Positions 10,315-19,976 of a DNA stretch of 64,000 bases are shown here, in pieces. Source of the stretch: Candidatus Woesearchaeota archaeon (GTDB lineage Archaea; Nanobdellota; Nanobdellia; Woesearchaeales; UBA9642). Location: contig DUIB01000009.1 of assembly GCA_013330595.1 (NCBI GenBank), forward strand, positions 74 to 64,073, written 5' to 3'. Made by a program: the position numbers and the translations under genes. Below the pieces are notes generated by a model, which made no database searches, was not told where the DNA came from, and saw only the letters and a list, made by a program, of their open reading frames with translations. Position 1 is the stretch's first letter; every line of letters starts with the position of its first letter.

Positions 10315-11389
10315 GATATTTTCAAGAAGCATTAAGATAAGCTTTTCTGGATTTGCTAAATATTCTGGTAATGATGAACAGATATGCAATAATATAGTCA
10401 GTAAATGCTATAATAAGGAAAAACAATTCTTTCAAGCAAGCCTGGGCAATTATCCTGAATTTTATTCAAGAGATTTCGGAATGTGCACTGCATCATTGAT
10501 TAAACTAGGATATAGAGATAAAATCATAAAAACATTGGAGTATGCATTAAGTCATTATTCAAGGAATCAAATAACTGTATTGATAACTCCTGAAGACAAA
10601 CCAATAAATTTTCCTAGCATCTACAGTCCGGACAGTGTTGCATATCTATTCAGGAGCTTAAGAATTGCAAAAGCAGAAAATCTTGTGATTAAATATAAGA
10701 ATTTTCTTAATTCCGAGATAAAAAGATTTGAGGAGATAATAGAAAACGGAATCATAAAGTATGAGCATTATTCTGGAATGAGAGATCATGCAATAGTGAA
10801 ATCATCTTGCTATGACATGATAATGGCATGCATGCTATGCGATGAAATTGAAAAGATAAACAAACTCGTGAATAAGAAAGTTCTTGATAACAGATTAAAG
10901 AAGTATGATCTTAAGAAGAATCTTATCAAGCATTACTGGAATGGAAGATATTTCAAGAATTCAATCAATGATGATTCGTTTGTTGCTCATAATAATGTGT
11001 TTCCGTATTGGCTTGATGTTATTAATGATAAGAAAATGCTTTCATCGTCGATGAATGAGATTCAGAGGAATGATCTTGACAAGCCTTTTCCTGCAAAGTA
11101 TGTTGCAGAGAGGACAAGCAAGGGATTTGTATGGCAGAATATTTTCGTAAGGAATTGGGAGACAGACAAGATTTGGACATTTTTAGGAATCCCATATATT
11201 GATGTATTATTGAAAATTAATAAGAAAACAGCCAAGATGCATATCGAACAATACAAGAAACTCATCGAGAAGAACGGATTTGTAGAAGTCTATGATAAGA
11301 ATGGCCTTCCGTATAAGACATTGTTTTTTGCTGCAGATACAGATATGTTGTGGGCTTGTATGTATTTGGAAATAAAAAAGAAAAAATAA
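10289..11389 (+). CDS. hypothetical protein, possibly an (alpha/alpha)6 glycoside hydrolase-like protein
   Basis: It overlaps the glycosyltransferase by 26 nt, so it is in the same operon. There is only weak motif resemblance. Confidence 0.3.
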   Translation: MSLIKEGLRIFSRSIKISFSGFAKYSGNDEQICNNIVSKCYNKEKQFFQASLGNYPEFYSRDFGMCTASLIKLGYRDKIIKTLEYALSHYSRNQITVLITPEDKPINFPSIYSPDSVAYLFRSLRIAKAENLVIKYKNFLNSEIKRFEEIIENGIIKYEHYSGMRDHAIVKSSCYDMIMACMLCDEIEKINKLVNKKVLDNRLKKYDLKKNLIKHYWNGRYFKNSINDDSFVAHNNVFPYWLDVINDKKMLSSSMNEIQRNDLDKPFPAKYVAERTSKGFVWQNIFVRNWETDKIWTFLGIPYIDVLLKINKKTAKMHIEQYKKLIEKNGFVEVYDKNGLPYKTLFFAADTDMLWACMYLEIKKKK

Positions 11390-11392
11390 AAA

Positions 11393-11710
11393 TTATTTCT
11401 TGCCTACCTTCTCTTCTTTCATAATCATCTTAGCAATCAAGAACACAACAAATGCAATGATTATGAAGTTCAATAATTCTCCTGCAAATGCGCCGATCTT
11501 CATCACAATTGGGCCGAGATGTATTGCAGATTCTTTCCATGCACCACCCGGGATGAATGGCGTGATTATTGGCATTACGATATTATCAACTAGAGATTTC
11601 ACCAATGCAGTGATCGCAACACCCATGATGAAAGCAACAGCCAATGTCAATACCTTGTATCCCTTTAAAAATTCCTTAAATTCTTTAATTAATTTTGCCA
11701 TCTTTGCCAC
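11393..11710 (-). CDS. mscL: large-conductance mechanosensitive channel MscL
   Basis: The N-terminus has 'KEFKEF', followed by two TM helices and a charged C-terminal tail. The length of 105 aa is typical of MscL. Confidence 0.75.
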   Translation of the reverse strand: MAKMAKLIKEFKEFLKGYKVLTLAVAFIMGVAITALVKSLVDNIVMPIITPFIPGGAWKESAIHLGPIVMKIGAFAGELLNFIIIAFVVFLIAKMIMKEEKVGKK

Positions 11711-11711
11711 C

Positions 11712-11963
11712 TTATTCTGTCCACTTTACGTTTTTGTAATTATATTTGGTTGCTATTAGAATAAGATCTACTAACCACCATATTCCCAAACCACCAAAGG
11801 TTATTAACTTGAGAATTCCTGTACCCACTTTTCCCATCATGAATCTATCAACACCAATCCATCCAAAGATTATAGACATTACCAAACATAAGACCCAATT
11901 AACTTCTCTACCTGAACCTACTGTCTTCTTAGATTTCTTCTTTGCCATAATATCAACCCCCAC
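11712..11963 (-). CDS. TM2 domain-containing membrane protein
   Basis: It has the 'GWIGVDRFMMGKVGTGILKL' motif (GxxGxDRFYxG of the TM2 domain) and two TM helices. Confidence 0.55.
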   Translation of the reverse strand: MGVDIMAKKKSKKTVGSGREVNWVLCLVMSIIFGWIGVDRFMMGKVGTGILKLITFGGLGIWWLVDLILIATKYNYKNVKWTE

Positions 11964-12225
11964 TATACATATGTATACTCAAACGGCTTTTTAAAGGTAG
12001 TGGAAAAAAAGAAAAAATAATATATAAAAAATATTATAAAAATTTTTATTAAAAATTTCGACAGAAATTTTCAGGGTTTAATACAAAGAAATGTAGTACA
12101 TTTCTTGTACACAAAATTTATCAAAATTTTGTTGTACCCCGACCTTTAGGTCGAAATTTTTAGTTCAAAAAATCCTTCGGATTTTTATGTAGCTCCGAAC
12201 AGCGAATTTTTGTTATTTCCAGTCT

Positions 12226-12300
12226 TTGATCACAGCCTGCGCCGCCGCCAACCTAGCTATAGGAACCCTGTATGGTGAGCATGAAACATAGTTTGTATGT
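12226..12300 (-). other. displaced duplicate of the ppdK 3' end (last ~22 codons, synonymously diverged), an att-like remnant
   Basis: The reverse complement translates to YVSCSPYRVPIARLAAAQAVIK, versus the ppdK C-terminus YVSCSPYRVPIARLAAAQAVLK. Nucleotide identity is about 75%. Confidence 0.7.
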
Positions 12301-12313
12301 CTTAATTAGTCTT

Positions 12314-12328
12314 GTTGGTACTACCAAC
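12314..12328. promoter_or_regulatory. perfect 15-nt palindrome GTTGGTACTACCAAC upstream of the HEPN/MNT pair (candidate operator)
   Basis: It is read directly from the sequence and lies about 40 nt upstream of the 12369 start. Confidence 0.3.
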
Positions 12329-12368
12329 CGAAAGATTTAAATAATCCTTTTATGTTTCTATTACCAAC

Positions 12369-12707
12369 ATGGTTGAAAATGACTTAATCAGGAATGCTAG
12401 AATCATAATGAGTTCTGCTGATATGGTGTATTATAAGAAAGATTATACCTCGGCAACAATACTCTACTTCAAGGCAGCATTCCTTATACTTGATTATATA
12501 TTATTGCAGAGCAAAGGCCAAACACCAAAGGATCATACAGAAAGGTTCAGGATGCTTGAATTATCAGATAAAAATCTATATGTGTTTTTAGATAAGAATT
12601 TCAAGATATATAGGCAAACTTACACAACCACGACAGATAAATTCACATGCGATAAAGTGAGGGAAAATGTCAGGAAGATTATTAAAGAATACAAAATTCA
12701 AATCTGA
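12369..12707 (+). CDS. HEPN domain protein (putative toxin of a HEPN/MNT pair)
   Basis: It is a small protein that overlaps the downstream minimal nucleotidyltransferase by 41 nt. Confidence 0.45.
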   Translation: MVENDLIRNARIIMSSADMVYYKKDYTSATILYFKAAFLILDYILLQSKGQTPKDHTERFRMLELSDKNLYVFLDKNFKIYRQTYTTTTDKFTCDKVRENVRKIIKEYKIQI

Positions 12708-13266
12708 AATAAAGAAGTTCTTCATTAAGCATAAACAGTCCATATTAGATATAATAATATTTGGCTCAAGCGTGAGAGAGAAAGATAATCCTGAAGATAT
12801 AGATATACTAATAATATTCATTGACAGGAAAGATTATGATATAAGCTATGAACTGAGAAAGATATTGGAGAAACAGGGATTCAGTATAGAGATTACTGAC
12901 AAGACATATCAAGAGATATTCAAGCAGGATTTCAAGGCAAGAGAAGCATTATTATCAGAAGGATATAGCATAATTAATGAAACATTCTTATCATCAGGAC
13001 TCGGATATAATACTTTTGTATTATTCAAATATGACCTTGGAGATATGAATAAGTCCCAAAGAATGAGATTCTATTACAGCCTATACGGAAGGACAAAGGA
13101 AGATGAAGGAATATTGGAGAAGTACAATGCAAAGAAATTCTCTGAATCAATAATCCTATGTCCTATTAATAATAGTGAATCACTAAAGAATTTCTTCGAA
13201 GAATGGAAGATGAAATACGTATCATTCCCAATAATCATCCCTGAAAGGATAAAGAATGTGATGTAA
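12667..13266 (+). CDS. minimal nucleotidyltransferase (MNT), cognate of the HEPN protein
   Basis: The 'IIFGSSVREKDNPEDIDILI' motif matches the GSx(9-13)DxD motif of the Pol-beta NTase superfamily. Confidence 0.65.
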   Translation: MSGRLLKNTKFKSEIKKFFIKHKQSILDIIIFGSSVREKDNPEDIDILIIFIDRKDYDISYELRKILEKQGFSIEITDKTYQEIFKQDFKAREALLSEGYSIINETFLSSGLGYNTFVLFKYDLGDMNKSQRMRFYYSLYGRTKEDEGILEKYNAKKFSESIILCPINNSESLKNFFEEWKMKYVSFPIIIPERIKNVM

Positions 13267-13295
13267 AAGCTAATGCTACTTTGCTTTTCGTTATA

Positions 13296-13511
13296 TTATA
13301 TGAAATTATAATAATTAATCCCATATTCCTGCGATATTATTACTGATTCATATCCTCTTATGATATCGAATTTATTCTTCAAGTCTCTCATTATAGTGTG
13401 GAATTGAGTGAAGTTATCTACTATGAACTCAAACTCTATATCCCAACTCCCGACGCATTTAATTATAGTATATATCTCTGGCAGTTGCTCTACATATTTT
13501 AGACTATACAT
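13296..13511 (-). CDS. small hypothetical protein
   Basis: This is an ORF only. Confidence 0.2.
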   Translation of the reverse strand: MYSLKYVEQLPEIYTIIKCVGSWDIEFEFIVDNFTQFHTIMRDLKNKFDIIRGYESVIISQEYGINYYNFI

Positions 13512-13603
13512 GCCAGAAGTGTATTATAAATAAAGACACTTTAAGTCAAAAGTGTATAGAAATTAGAGACACCTTTAATATAGATAAGTTTATCTAAGAT
13601 CAT

Positions 13604-13640
13604 TCCTTTGATCACAGCCTGAACAGCAGCCAACTGCAAG
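13604..13640 (-). other. second, more degenerate remnant of the ppdK 3' end (att-like)
   Basis: It shares 'tttgatcacagcctg' with 12225-12239. The reverse complement encodes ...LAAVQAVIK. It lies immediately after the stop of the ATPase gene. Confidence 0.45.
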
Positions 13641-13643
13641 TCT

Positions 13644-14909
13644 TCATTTCTCCAGTAGCCATTTCCAGACAGGCAGAACTTTTATCCTTGTTTTTCCTTG
13701 AATTATTTCTTTTTCAGTGTCGTAAGTTAGGATAATGGTTTTTTTTAATTTCCATCTCTTCTTTGCTTCTCTGATTCCATTTGTCTCTCTATTAATATTT
13801 TCAGAATTCAATTCTAAACAGACTTGAATGGCTAATTTGTCCTTATTTATTACGAAATCGCACTCATTCTTATCTTGTGAATACATAACATCCTTTCCCT
13901 GTCTTTTTAGCTCTAAAAAAACAACATTTTCAAGCAGTTGCGCTTTTATTTGTTGTACGTCAAAAGTCATCAATGTGACAATCCCTGTATCCACAGAATA
14001 AGCTTTTTTTTCTGAAATTGATTGCTTTAGAACTGACTTATCTAATTTTTGAACAAAGAAGAGAATATAACAATCCTCGAGATAATTCATATATTCATAT
14101 AATGAGTCTTTGCTTATCTTAATGCCTTGTGACTTAAGTTCAGTATATTGCTTATTCACTGAGAATTTCTTCCCTATGTTATTCAATAATTTTTTTATAA
14201 TTAGCCTGATAGCGACAGTATTTGTTATTTTATATCTAGAGATTATATCCCTGTATATCATGACTTCTATATATGATTGCAATGTTTTCCTTCTAACTTC
14301 ATCCCTCATATCAATAGTCTCTGGAAATCCTCCGTTAACAAGATAGTTCCCAAATTCTTTTCTAAGCAAAGCTTTTTTCTTTAATGAATATAGATCAATA
14401 GTGTCAACATTCTTGAATTTTAGGTACTCCTTAAATGAGAATGGGTACACCTCGTAATTGATGGCTCTTCCTCTGATGCTTGTGGCAATCTCTTTGCTTA
14501 ATAATTTGGATGAAGAGCCAGTGATGAATATGTTTCGCGTAATAGTGTCGTAGGATCTTCTTATGAATTGTTCCCAATTCTCAACATTCTGTATCTCGTC
14601 AAAGAATAGATACTGCAATTTTCCCTCTGGATAAAGTTCATAGTATGCATCATATATCTCCTGGAGATTTTCCTTCTTTAAATCAAGTCTCTCATCCTCG
14701 AAATTTATGTAGATGATATTTTCTTTAGGGATCTTCTCTCTTAGTGTCTTTATCAGTTGATACATAAGATAGGTCTTTCCTGATCTTCTTACACCACTTA
14801 TTGTTATTATTTTTCTGCTATCTAATGGAACATCTATTGCTCTGAAAGTTATTTCAGGAAGCGCATTGCTGTGGAATTCCTTGATTATTACCTTTATTGC
14901 ATCCTTCAT
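13644..14909 (-). CDS. AAA+ ATPase with DUF4143-like C-terminal domain (COG1373 family)
   Basis: Walker A is 'ISGVRRSGKTY'. There are 'LFFDEIQ' and 'ITGSSS' motifs and a C-terminal 'WKWLLEK'. It is a paralog of 6715-8064. Confidence 0.65.
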   Translation of the reverse strand: MKDAIKVIIKEFHSNALPEITFRAIDVPLDSRKIITISGVRRSGKTYLMYQLIKTLREKIPKENIIYINFEDERLDLKKENLQEIYDAYYELYPEGKLQYLFFDEIQNVENWEQFIRRSYDTITRNIFITGSSSKLLSKEIATSIRGRAINYEVYPFSFKEYLKFKNVDTIDLYSLKKKALLRKEFGNYLVNGGFPETIDMRDEVRRKTLQSYIEVMIYRDIISRYKITNTVAIRLIIKKLLNNIGKKFSVNKQYTELKSQGIKISKDSLYEYMNYLEDCYILFFVQKLDKSVLKQSISEKKAYSVDTGIVTLMTFDVQQIKAQLLENVVFLELKRQGKDVMYSQDKNECDFVINKDKLAIQVCLELNSENINRETNGIREAKKRWKLKKTIILTYDTEKEIIQGKTRIKVLPVWKWLLEK

Positions 14910-14940
14910 ACTGTAAGAATATCGCCTTTATTTATAAAGG

Positions 14941-14960
14941 TTTCCTTCTAAGAAGGAAAG
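14941..14960 (-). terminator. hairpin TTTCCTTCT-AA-AGAAGGAAA downstream of ppdK
   Basis: It has a perfect 9-bp inverted repeat about 35 nt past the ppdK stop. It is flanked by a T-rich tract on the minus strand. Confidence 0.35.
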
Positions 14961-14993
14961 AAATACTATAAAATCTCCTTGTCAGAAGGAAAG

Positions 14994-17645
14994 CTATTTC
15001 AACACAGCCTGCGCAGCTGCAAGTCGCGCTATAGGAACTCTATATGGCGAGCAACTAACATAGTCCAATCCTGCTCTATGACAGAACTCTACTGATTTCG
15101 GCTCTCCGCCGTGTTCTCCGCAGATTCCAAGTTTAATATCCTTGCGGATTTTTCTTCCTTTCTCGCATGCCATCCTGACAAGCAGACCAACTCCTGTCTG
15201 ATCAAGGACAGCAAATGGATCCTTTTCATAGATGTTTTTCTTCAAGTAATCTGGCAAGAACTTTCCGATGTCATCTCGAGAAAATCCTAAAGTCATCTGC
15301 GTGAGATCATTTGTTCCGAAAGAAAAGAATTCTGCTTCAACAGCAATCTCATCGGCAGTAAGAGCAGCTCTGGGAACTTCTATCATCGTTCCAATCAAAT
15401 AATCGACCTTGACATTATATTTCTTCATTACTTGATCAGCAATTCTTTTTATGACTTCTTTCTGATTAATTAATTCTTCAACTTTGCCAACTAAAGGAAC
15501 CATAATCTCTGGCTTGACATCAACTTTCTGTTTTGTCAATTCACATGCTGCTTCCATTATTGCCTGGACTTGCATCTCTGTGATTTCTGGATATGTTATT
15601 CCAAGCCTGCAGCCTCTATGGCCAAGCATAGGGTTCACTTCATGCAGATTCTTAGAGATCTGCATAATCCATTCAGGAGTCACTTTCAGTTCCTTAGCCA
15701 ATTCCTTTATTTCCTTCTGACCTTTTGGAAGAAATTCATGCAATGGAGGATCAAGAAGCCTTATTGTTACAGGCAACCCATTCATCTCCTTGAATAATCC
15801 TAAGAAATCTGATTTCTGGAAAGGAAGAAGTTCAGCTAATGCTTTTCTCCTCTCAATCTCATTATTAGCTAAAATCATTTTCCTCATAGCCTTTATCCTA
15901 TCACCATCAAAGAACATATGCTCTGTCCTGCATAATCCAATGCCTTCTGCACCAAATGCTCTAGCAACCTTTGCATCTCTTGGAATATCTGCATTTGCCC
16001 TGATTTTTAATTTCCTGAATTCATCAGCCCATTCCATTAATATAGAGAAATCGCCAGAAAGATTAGGCTCAACTAAGCCTAATGAGCCTTTAAATACCTG
16101 TCCTAGTGAGCCATCAAGTGTTATGTAATCCATTTCTTTCAAAACAAGATTCTTTTTCTTTATTGTCAATGTTTTTGCCTTTTCATCAACAACAATATCT
16201 TGGCATCCTGAAACACAGCATTTTCCCATTCCACGAGCAACAACTGCCGCATGACTTGTCATTCCACCTCGTGCAGTTAGAATACCTTGAGAAACACTCA
16301 TTCCAATAAGATCTTCAGGGCTTGTCTCTGTTCTTACAAGGACTACTTTTTCATTTTTAGCAACCTCTTCAGCCCTTTCAGCAGTAAACACAATTCTTCC
16401 AACAGCTGCTCCTGGAGATGCAGGCAATCCTGTTGCTATGACTCCTGTTTTTGCTTTAGGATCAATCTGTTTATGCAATAATTGGTCTAATGATTCAGGA
16501 GCAACTCTTAATAATGCTGTTTTTTTATCTATAAGTTTTTCATTAACCATATCAACAGCAATCTTTACAGCACCATGTGCTGTCCTTTTTCCATTTCTTG
16601 TCTGAAGAACATGTAATTTTCCTTCTTGGATTGTGAATTCCATGTCTTGCATGTCCTTGAAATGTTTTTCTATCTTGTTTTTTATTGCAACAAGTTGTTT
16701 ATAGACTTTAGGATTCTGTTTTTCAAGCCCTTCAATATGCTTAGGAGTTCTTATGCCTGCAACAACATCTTCACCTTGAGAATTCATCAAATATTCACCA
16801 TAGAACTTATTCTCTCCAGTAGATGGATTTCTAGAAAAACACACTCCTGTTCCTGAACTCTCACCCATATTACCAAAAACCATTGCTTGAATATTAACAG
16901 CAGTGCCCTTTAATCCTTTAATGTCATTTAATCTCCTGTAAGCAATTGCTCTAGGATTATTCCACGATCCAAAAACTGCTTCAATAGACATGTCTAATTG
17001 AATTCTAGGATCTTCTGGAAAAGATTTTTTAGTGACTTTAAGTATTAATGTCTTATAGTTCTTTACTAATTCTTTAAGATCATCTGCAGTGAGTTCTGTA
17101 TCATAATGAACTTTTCTCTTGTCTTTAATCTTCTGTATCTCCTGCTCAAAATCGTGATGCTCAACACCCATGACAACATTGCCGAACATCTGGATAAATC
17201 TTCTGTATGTATCATAAGCAAATCTCTTGTTTTGAGTCTTATTGATCAATGTCTGAACTACTTGATCATTTATTCCCAGATTAAGAATAGTATCCATCAT
17301 TCCAGGCATGCTATTAGCAGCTCCAGATCTGACTGAGACAAGTAAAGGATTTGTTTTATCATTGAACTTTGCATTAATCTTAGATTCTAGTTTCTTGATA
17401 TTAGCATCAACCTGTTCTTTCAATCCCTTAGGAAACTTCTTTCCTTGAACATAATATTGATCGCATGTTTCAGTTGTTATAGTAAATCCTGAAGGAACTG
17501 GAACATTTAATGAAGTCATTTCAGCTAAATTAGCACCTTTACCGCCTAACAACTCTCGCATCTCTTTCTTACCTTCATCAAAGAAGTAAACCATCTTATT
17601 TTTCTTTACATTGTTTTTCATCATACCCTTCACCCTATGGAACAT
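14994..17645 (-). CDS. ppdK: pyruvate, phosphate dikinase
   Basis: The protein is 883 aa. The N-terminus has the PEP-utilising/ATP-grasp region 'GGKGANLAEM'. The central His-domain has 'GGMTSHAAVVARGMGKCCVSGC'. The C-terminus has the TIM-barrel 'CGEHGGEP'. Confidence 0.9.
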   Translation of the reverse strand: MFHRVKGMMKNNVKKNKMVYFFDEGKKEMRELLGGKGANLAEMTSLNVPVPSGFTITTETCDQYYVQGKKFPKGLKEQVDANIKKLESKINAKFNDKTNPLLVSVRSGAANSMPGMMDTILNLGINDQVVQTLINKTQNKRFAYDTYRRFIQMFGNVVMGVEHHDFEQEIQKIKDKRKVHYDTELTADDLKELVKNYKTLILKVTKKSFPEDPRIQLDMSIEAVFGSWNNPRAIAYRRLNDIKGLKGTAVNIQAMVFGNMGESSGTGVCFSRNPSTGENKFYGEYLMNSQGEDVVAGIRTPKHIEGLEKQNPKVYKQLVAIKNKIEKHFKDMQDMEFTIQEGKLHVLQTRNGKRTAHGAVKIAVDMVNEKLIDKKTALLRVAPESLDQLLHKQIDPKAKTGVIATGLPASPGAAVGRIVFTAERAEEVAKNEKVVLVRTETSPEDLIGMSVSQGILTARGGMTSHAAVVARGMGKCCVSGCQDIVVDEKAKTLTIKKKNLVLKEMDYITLDGSLGQVFKGSLGLVEPNLSGDFSILMEWADEFRKLKIRANADIPRDAKVARAFGAEGIGLCRTEHMFFDGDRIKAMRKMILANNEIERRKALAELLPFQKSDFLGLFKEMNGLPVTIRLLDPPLHEFLPKGQKEIKELAKELKVTPEWIMQISKNLHEVNPMLGHRGCRLGITYPEITEMQVQAIMEAACELTKQKVDVKPEIMVPLVGKVEELINQKEVIKRIADQVMKKYNVKVDYLIGTMIEVPRAALTADEIAVEAEFFSFGTNDLTQMTLGFSRDDIGKFLPDYLKKNIYEKDPFAVLDQTGVGLLVRMACEKGRKIRKDIKLGICGEHGGEPKSVEFCHRAGLDYVSCSPYRVPIARLAAAQAVLK

Positions 17646-17820
17646 TCCTCTTAATATGTCAAAAATTGTCTTTGATTAAACTTTCGTGTTTTAACTCAAA
17701 ACACATCAAAGCAATTTTTGATCATGCTCAAGAACTGCACAATGTGAGCTTTAGCCCACAGTTCTTGACAATCAAGAGCATAAGGAGTTATTTATATAAT
17801 TTACGGAAGAAAAGAATTTG

Positions 17821-18105
17821 TTATCCAATCCTTTTTATCTTATTCTTTGCTTCTTGCTTCTTGTATTTGAAGTGTAGAAGAGCAAATACTGAGATTCCTA
17901 CAAAGAATGCTGTGACTGCAGATATTATTGCCTGATTAATAAATGGTGTGTAGTTTATTTTCTGTGTTATTATAGCTAATGACAATCCTACAATGTATGT
18001 TGCTAATATTATTATAGTAGTATTAAAATATTGGAGATATGAATTAAATTCTAAATCAAGGAGGTTCTTTTTTACAACAGGATTCATGTCAATCACCGAA
18101 AGCAA
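17821..18105 (-). CDS. small membrane protein
   Basis: It has two predicted TM helices. Its end overlaps the next ORF. Confidence 0.3.
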   Translation of the reverse strand: MLSVIDMNPVVKKNLLDLEFNSYLQYFNTTIIILATYIVGLSLAIITQKINYTPFINQAIISAVTAFFVGISVFALLHFKYKKQEAKNKIKRIG

Positions 18106-18355
18106 AAGCTAAGAGAACAAGGCCTAATACTAAAAGCAAGATACTTGCTGTTGCAAGCCAATAAATCTCTTTAGAGAATGAAGGATAAACAAGCACTGCT
18201 CCTACCACTGCACTTACGACTCCTGCAAGGGCGAGTAAGTTCTTCTTAGTCTTCTTCATAATATAGTAAATGATATGACCTTTATATATTTTTCCTCGAA
18301 ATTTCCGGAAAATATTCGAAAAATCATACAGTCGTAGCCAATATAACGCTTCCAA
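18089..18355 (-). CDS. small membrane protein
   Basis: This is a hydrophobic ORF that overlaps its neighbours. Confidence 0.3.
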   Translation of the reverse strand: MEALYWLRLYDFSNIFRKFRGKIYKGHIIYYIMKKTKKNLLALAGVVSAVVGAVLVYPSFSKEIYWLATASILLLVLGLVLLAFAFGD

Positions 18356-19187
18356 TCAATGCTAATGCTGCTCCTAGGTATTGATGTTTTTTTATGATCT
18401 CTTTGTTGAACCATAATCCTAGAAATAATGCAATTGCTGGATAGCTCTCTGTAATAGCAGTTATTATTGATATCTCATGATTATGGACTGCATATGAATA
18501 ACAGATCCATGCAGTTGTATCAAATATTCCCATGAATAATATTAGGATCTTGAATTTCTTTGCATTGTCAATAAATGTACTGAAACCTTCTCTTTTCCAG
18601 ATTATTATAAGGCAAAAAACTGTAAACATCATCCAAGGAAACCATACAGCTAATATTGGTGAAATGTTTTTTGAGGATGTTCCTGTATAGAAATTCACTG
18701 CACCATATAATACTGCAGCAATTATTGCCAATATGACTCCTCTTTCTATTTTAGTTCTCCAATGAGTGAATGATTTTGTTGCAACTAAGATTATTCCAAT
18801 CAGTATCACAATAACTAGAATCATTTGCGTTAAACTTAAAATCTCTTTTAAGAAGACAAAGCTAAGAAGTATTGTTATTGGCAATTCTATCTCTAATACG
18901 ACATCGATTATTCCTAATTTGCCTTTTTTCAAAGCCTCAAAATTCAGGATTGCAGAAACAAAAACAATCAGTCCTAAGAACACTAATAATATTATATTCT
19001 CTTTAATAAGCAATAAGTGCATATCATTCCATGCAAAAGGCAGTAATCCAACAGATCCAATAATGCCGATCCATGCTAATGCCTGTATGTCACCTACTTT
19101 TCTTGTTGTTCTTTGAATAAGAAAATCTCCTATGCCCCATAACAACATTGCCCCAAAAGCAAATAAGATGCCGATGGTGAGGTTCAT
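18324..19187 (-). CDS. EamA/DMT-family transporter
   Basis: It has about 10 TM segments and duplicated EamA-like halves. Confidence 0.5.
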   Translation of the reverse strand: MNLTIGILFAFGAMLLWGIGDFLIQRTTRKVGDIQALAWIGIIGSVGLLPFAWNDMHLLLIKENIILLVFLGLIVFVSAILNFEALKKGKLGIIDVVLEIELPITILLSFVFLKEILSLTQMILVIVILIGIILVATKSFTHWRTKIERGVILAIIAAVLYGAVNFYTGTSSKNISPILAVWFPWMMFTVFCLIIIWKREGFSTFIDNAKKFKILILFMGIFDTTAWICYSYAVHNHEISIITAITESYPAIALFLGLWFNKEIIKKHQYLGAALALIGSVILATTV

Positions 19188-19342
19188 AATGGATTACTGT
19201 GCAAGCAATTTAAATAATTTGTCTTAATTTCGTAAATCTTCCGATTTTTCTTGAGAAACGCATATAAAGATTCAATCATTACCTAAATCACAAAATATAT
19301 AAAGCACTTACGTTTATTACGTGTATAAACGTAATACACGAG

Positions 19343-19579
19343 GTGCATAAAATGGTTAGCTTAACATTATCTATACCAGAAGAACTGAAGGCAAGAATGG
19401 ATCAACACAGCGAGATTAATTGGAGCGAAGTCGCGAGGAAAGCAATAATGCAAAGATTAGAGGATTTTGAGTTTATGAAGAGAATTAGAGAGAAGAGCAC
19501 TATGACAGAGAAAGATGCTATTGAATTAGGCAGAATGATAAAAAGATCTACAGCCAAAAGATATAATGATTTTAAGTGA
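19343..19579 (+). CDS. ribbon-helix-helix (CopG/VapB-like) antitoxin
   Basis: It has the N-terminal beta-strand 'VSLTLSIPEELKARMD'. It overlaps the downstream PIN gene by 14 nt. Confidence 0.5.
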   Translation: MHKMVSLTLSIPEELKARMDQHSEINWSEVARKAIMQRLEDFEFMKRIREKSTMTEKDAIELGRMIKRSTAKRYNDFK

Positions 19580-19976
19580 AATTATGGAAATGGTTATTGA
19601 TGCGAATATTGTGTTTGCTGCAATAATTAAAAGGACGAAAACCTTAGAACTAATGTTTGAGGAAAATATTAGGTTATATGCTCCGGAAACAATATTAATA
19701 GAGCTTGAGAAGTATCAGGATTATCTGTGCAGAAAAGGCAACATGACTACTGAAGAACTTAAATCAATGATATTTAGGCTCAAGAATGTGATAACAATAA
19801 TTTATCTAGGAGAGCTAGTATCACAGATTCCTGAAGCAAGGAACATCTGTCCTGATCCAGGAGACATTCCCTATTTTGCTCTTGCCTTAAAGATGAATAT
19901 CCCAATATGGTCCAATGATAAAGAATTGAAGAAACAGAAGAGAGTAAAGATCTTTACGACAGATGAGTTGATGTGA
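19566..19976 (+). CDS. PIN-domain ribonuclease (VapC-like toxin)
   Basis: It has the 'VIDANIVFAAI' N-terminal acidic motif and a 'WSNDKEL' C-terminal motif. Confidence 0.6.
   Translation: MILSEIMEMVIDANIVFAAIIKRTKTLELMFEENIRLYAPETILIELEKYQDYLCRKGNMTTEELKSMIFRLKNVITIIYLGELVSQIPEARNICPDPGDIPYFALALKMNIPIWSNDKELKKQKRVKIFTTDELM

Noticed and set aside
12190-12360. Possible tRNA at the GC-richer patch near the ppdK-end remnant, and at other GC-rich spots (13600-13640, 24380-24420)
   Set aside because: No cloverleaf, acceptor or T-arm pairing could be drawn. The GC-rich stretches are explained by the ppdK C-terminal coding duplicate and the DGR hairpin.
18296-18320. Third occurrence of the 'TTCCGGAAAAT' motif seen near the TA cassettes
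   Set aside because: It lies inside coding sequence and is too short to call a regulatory repeat.
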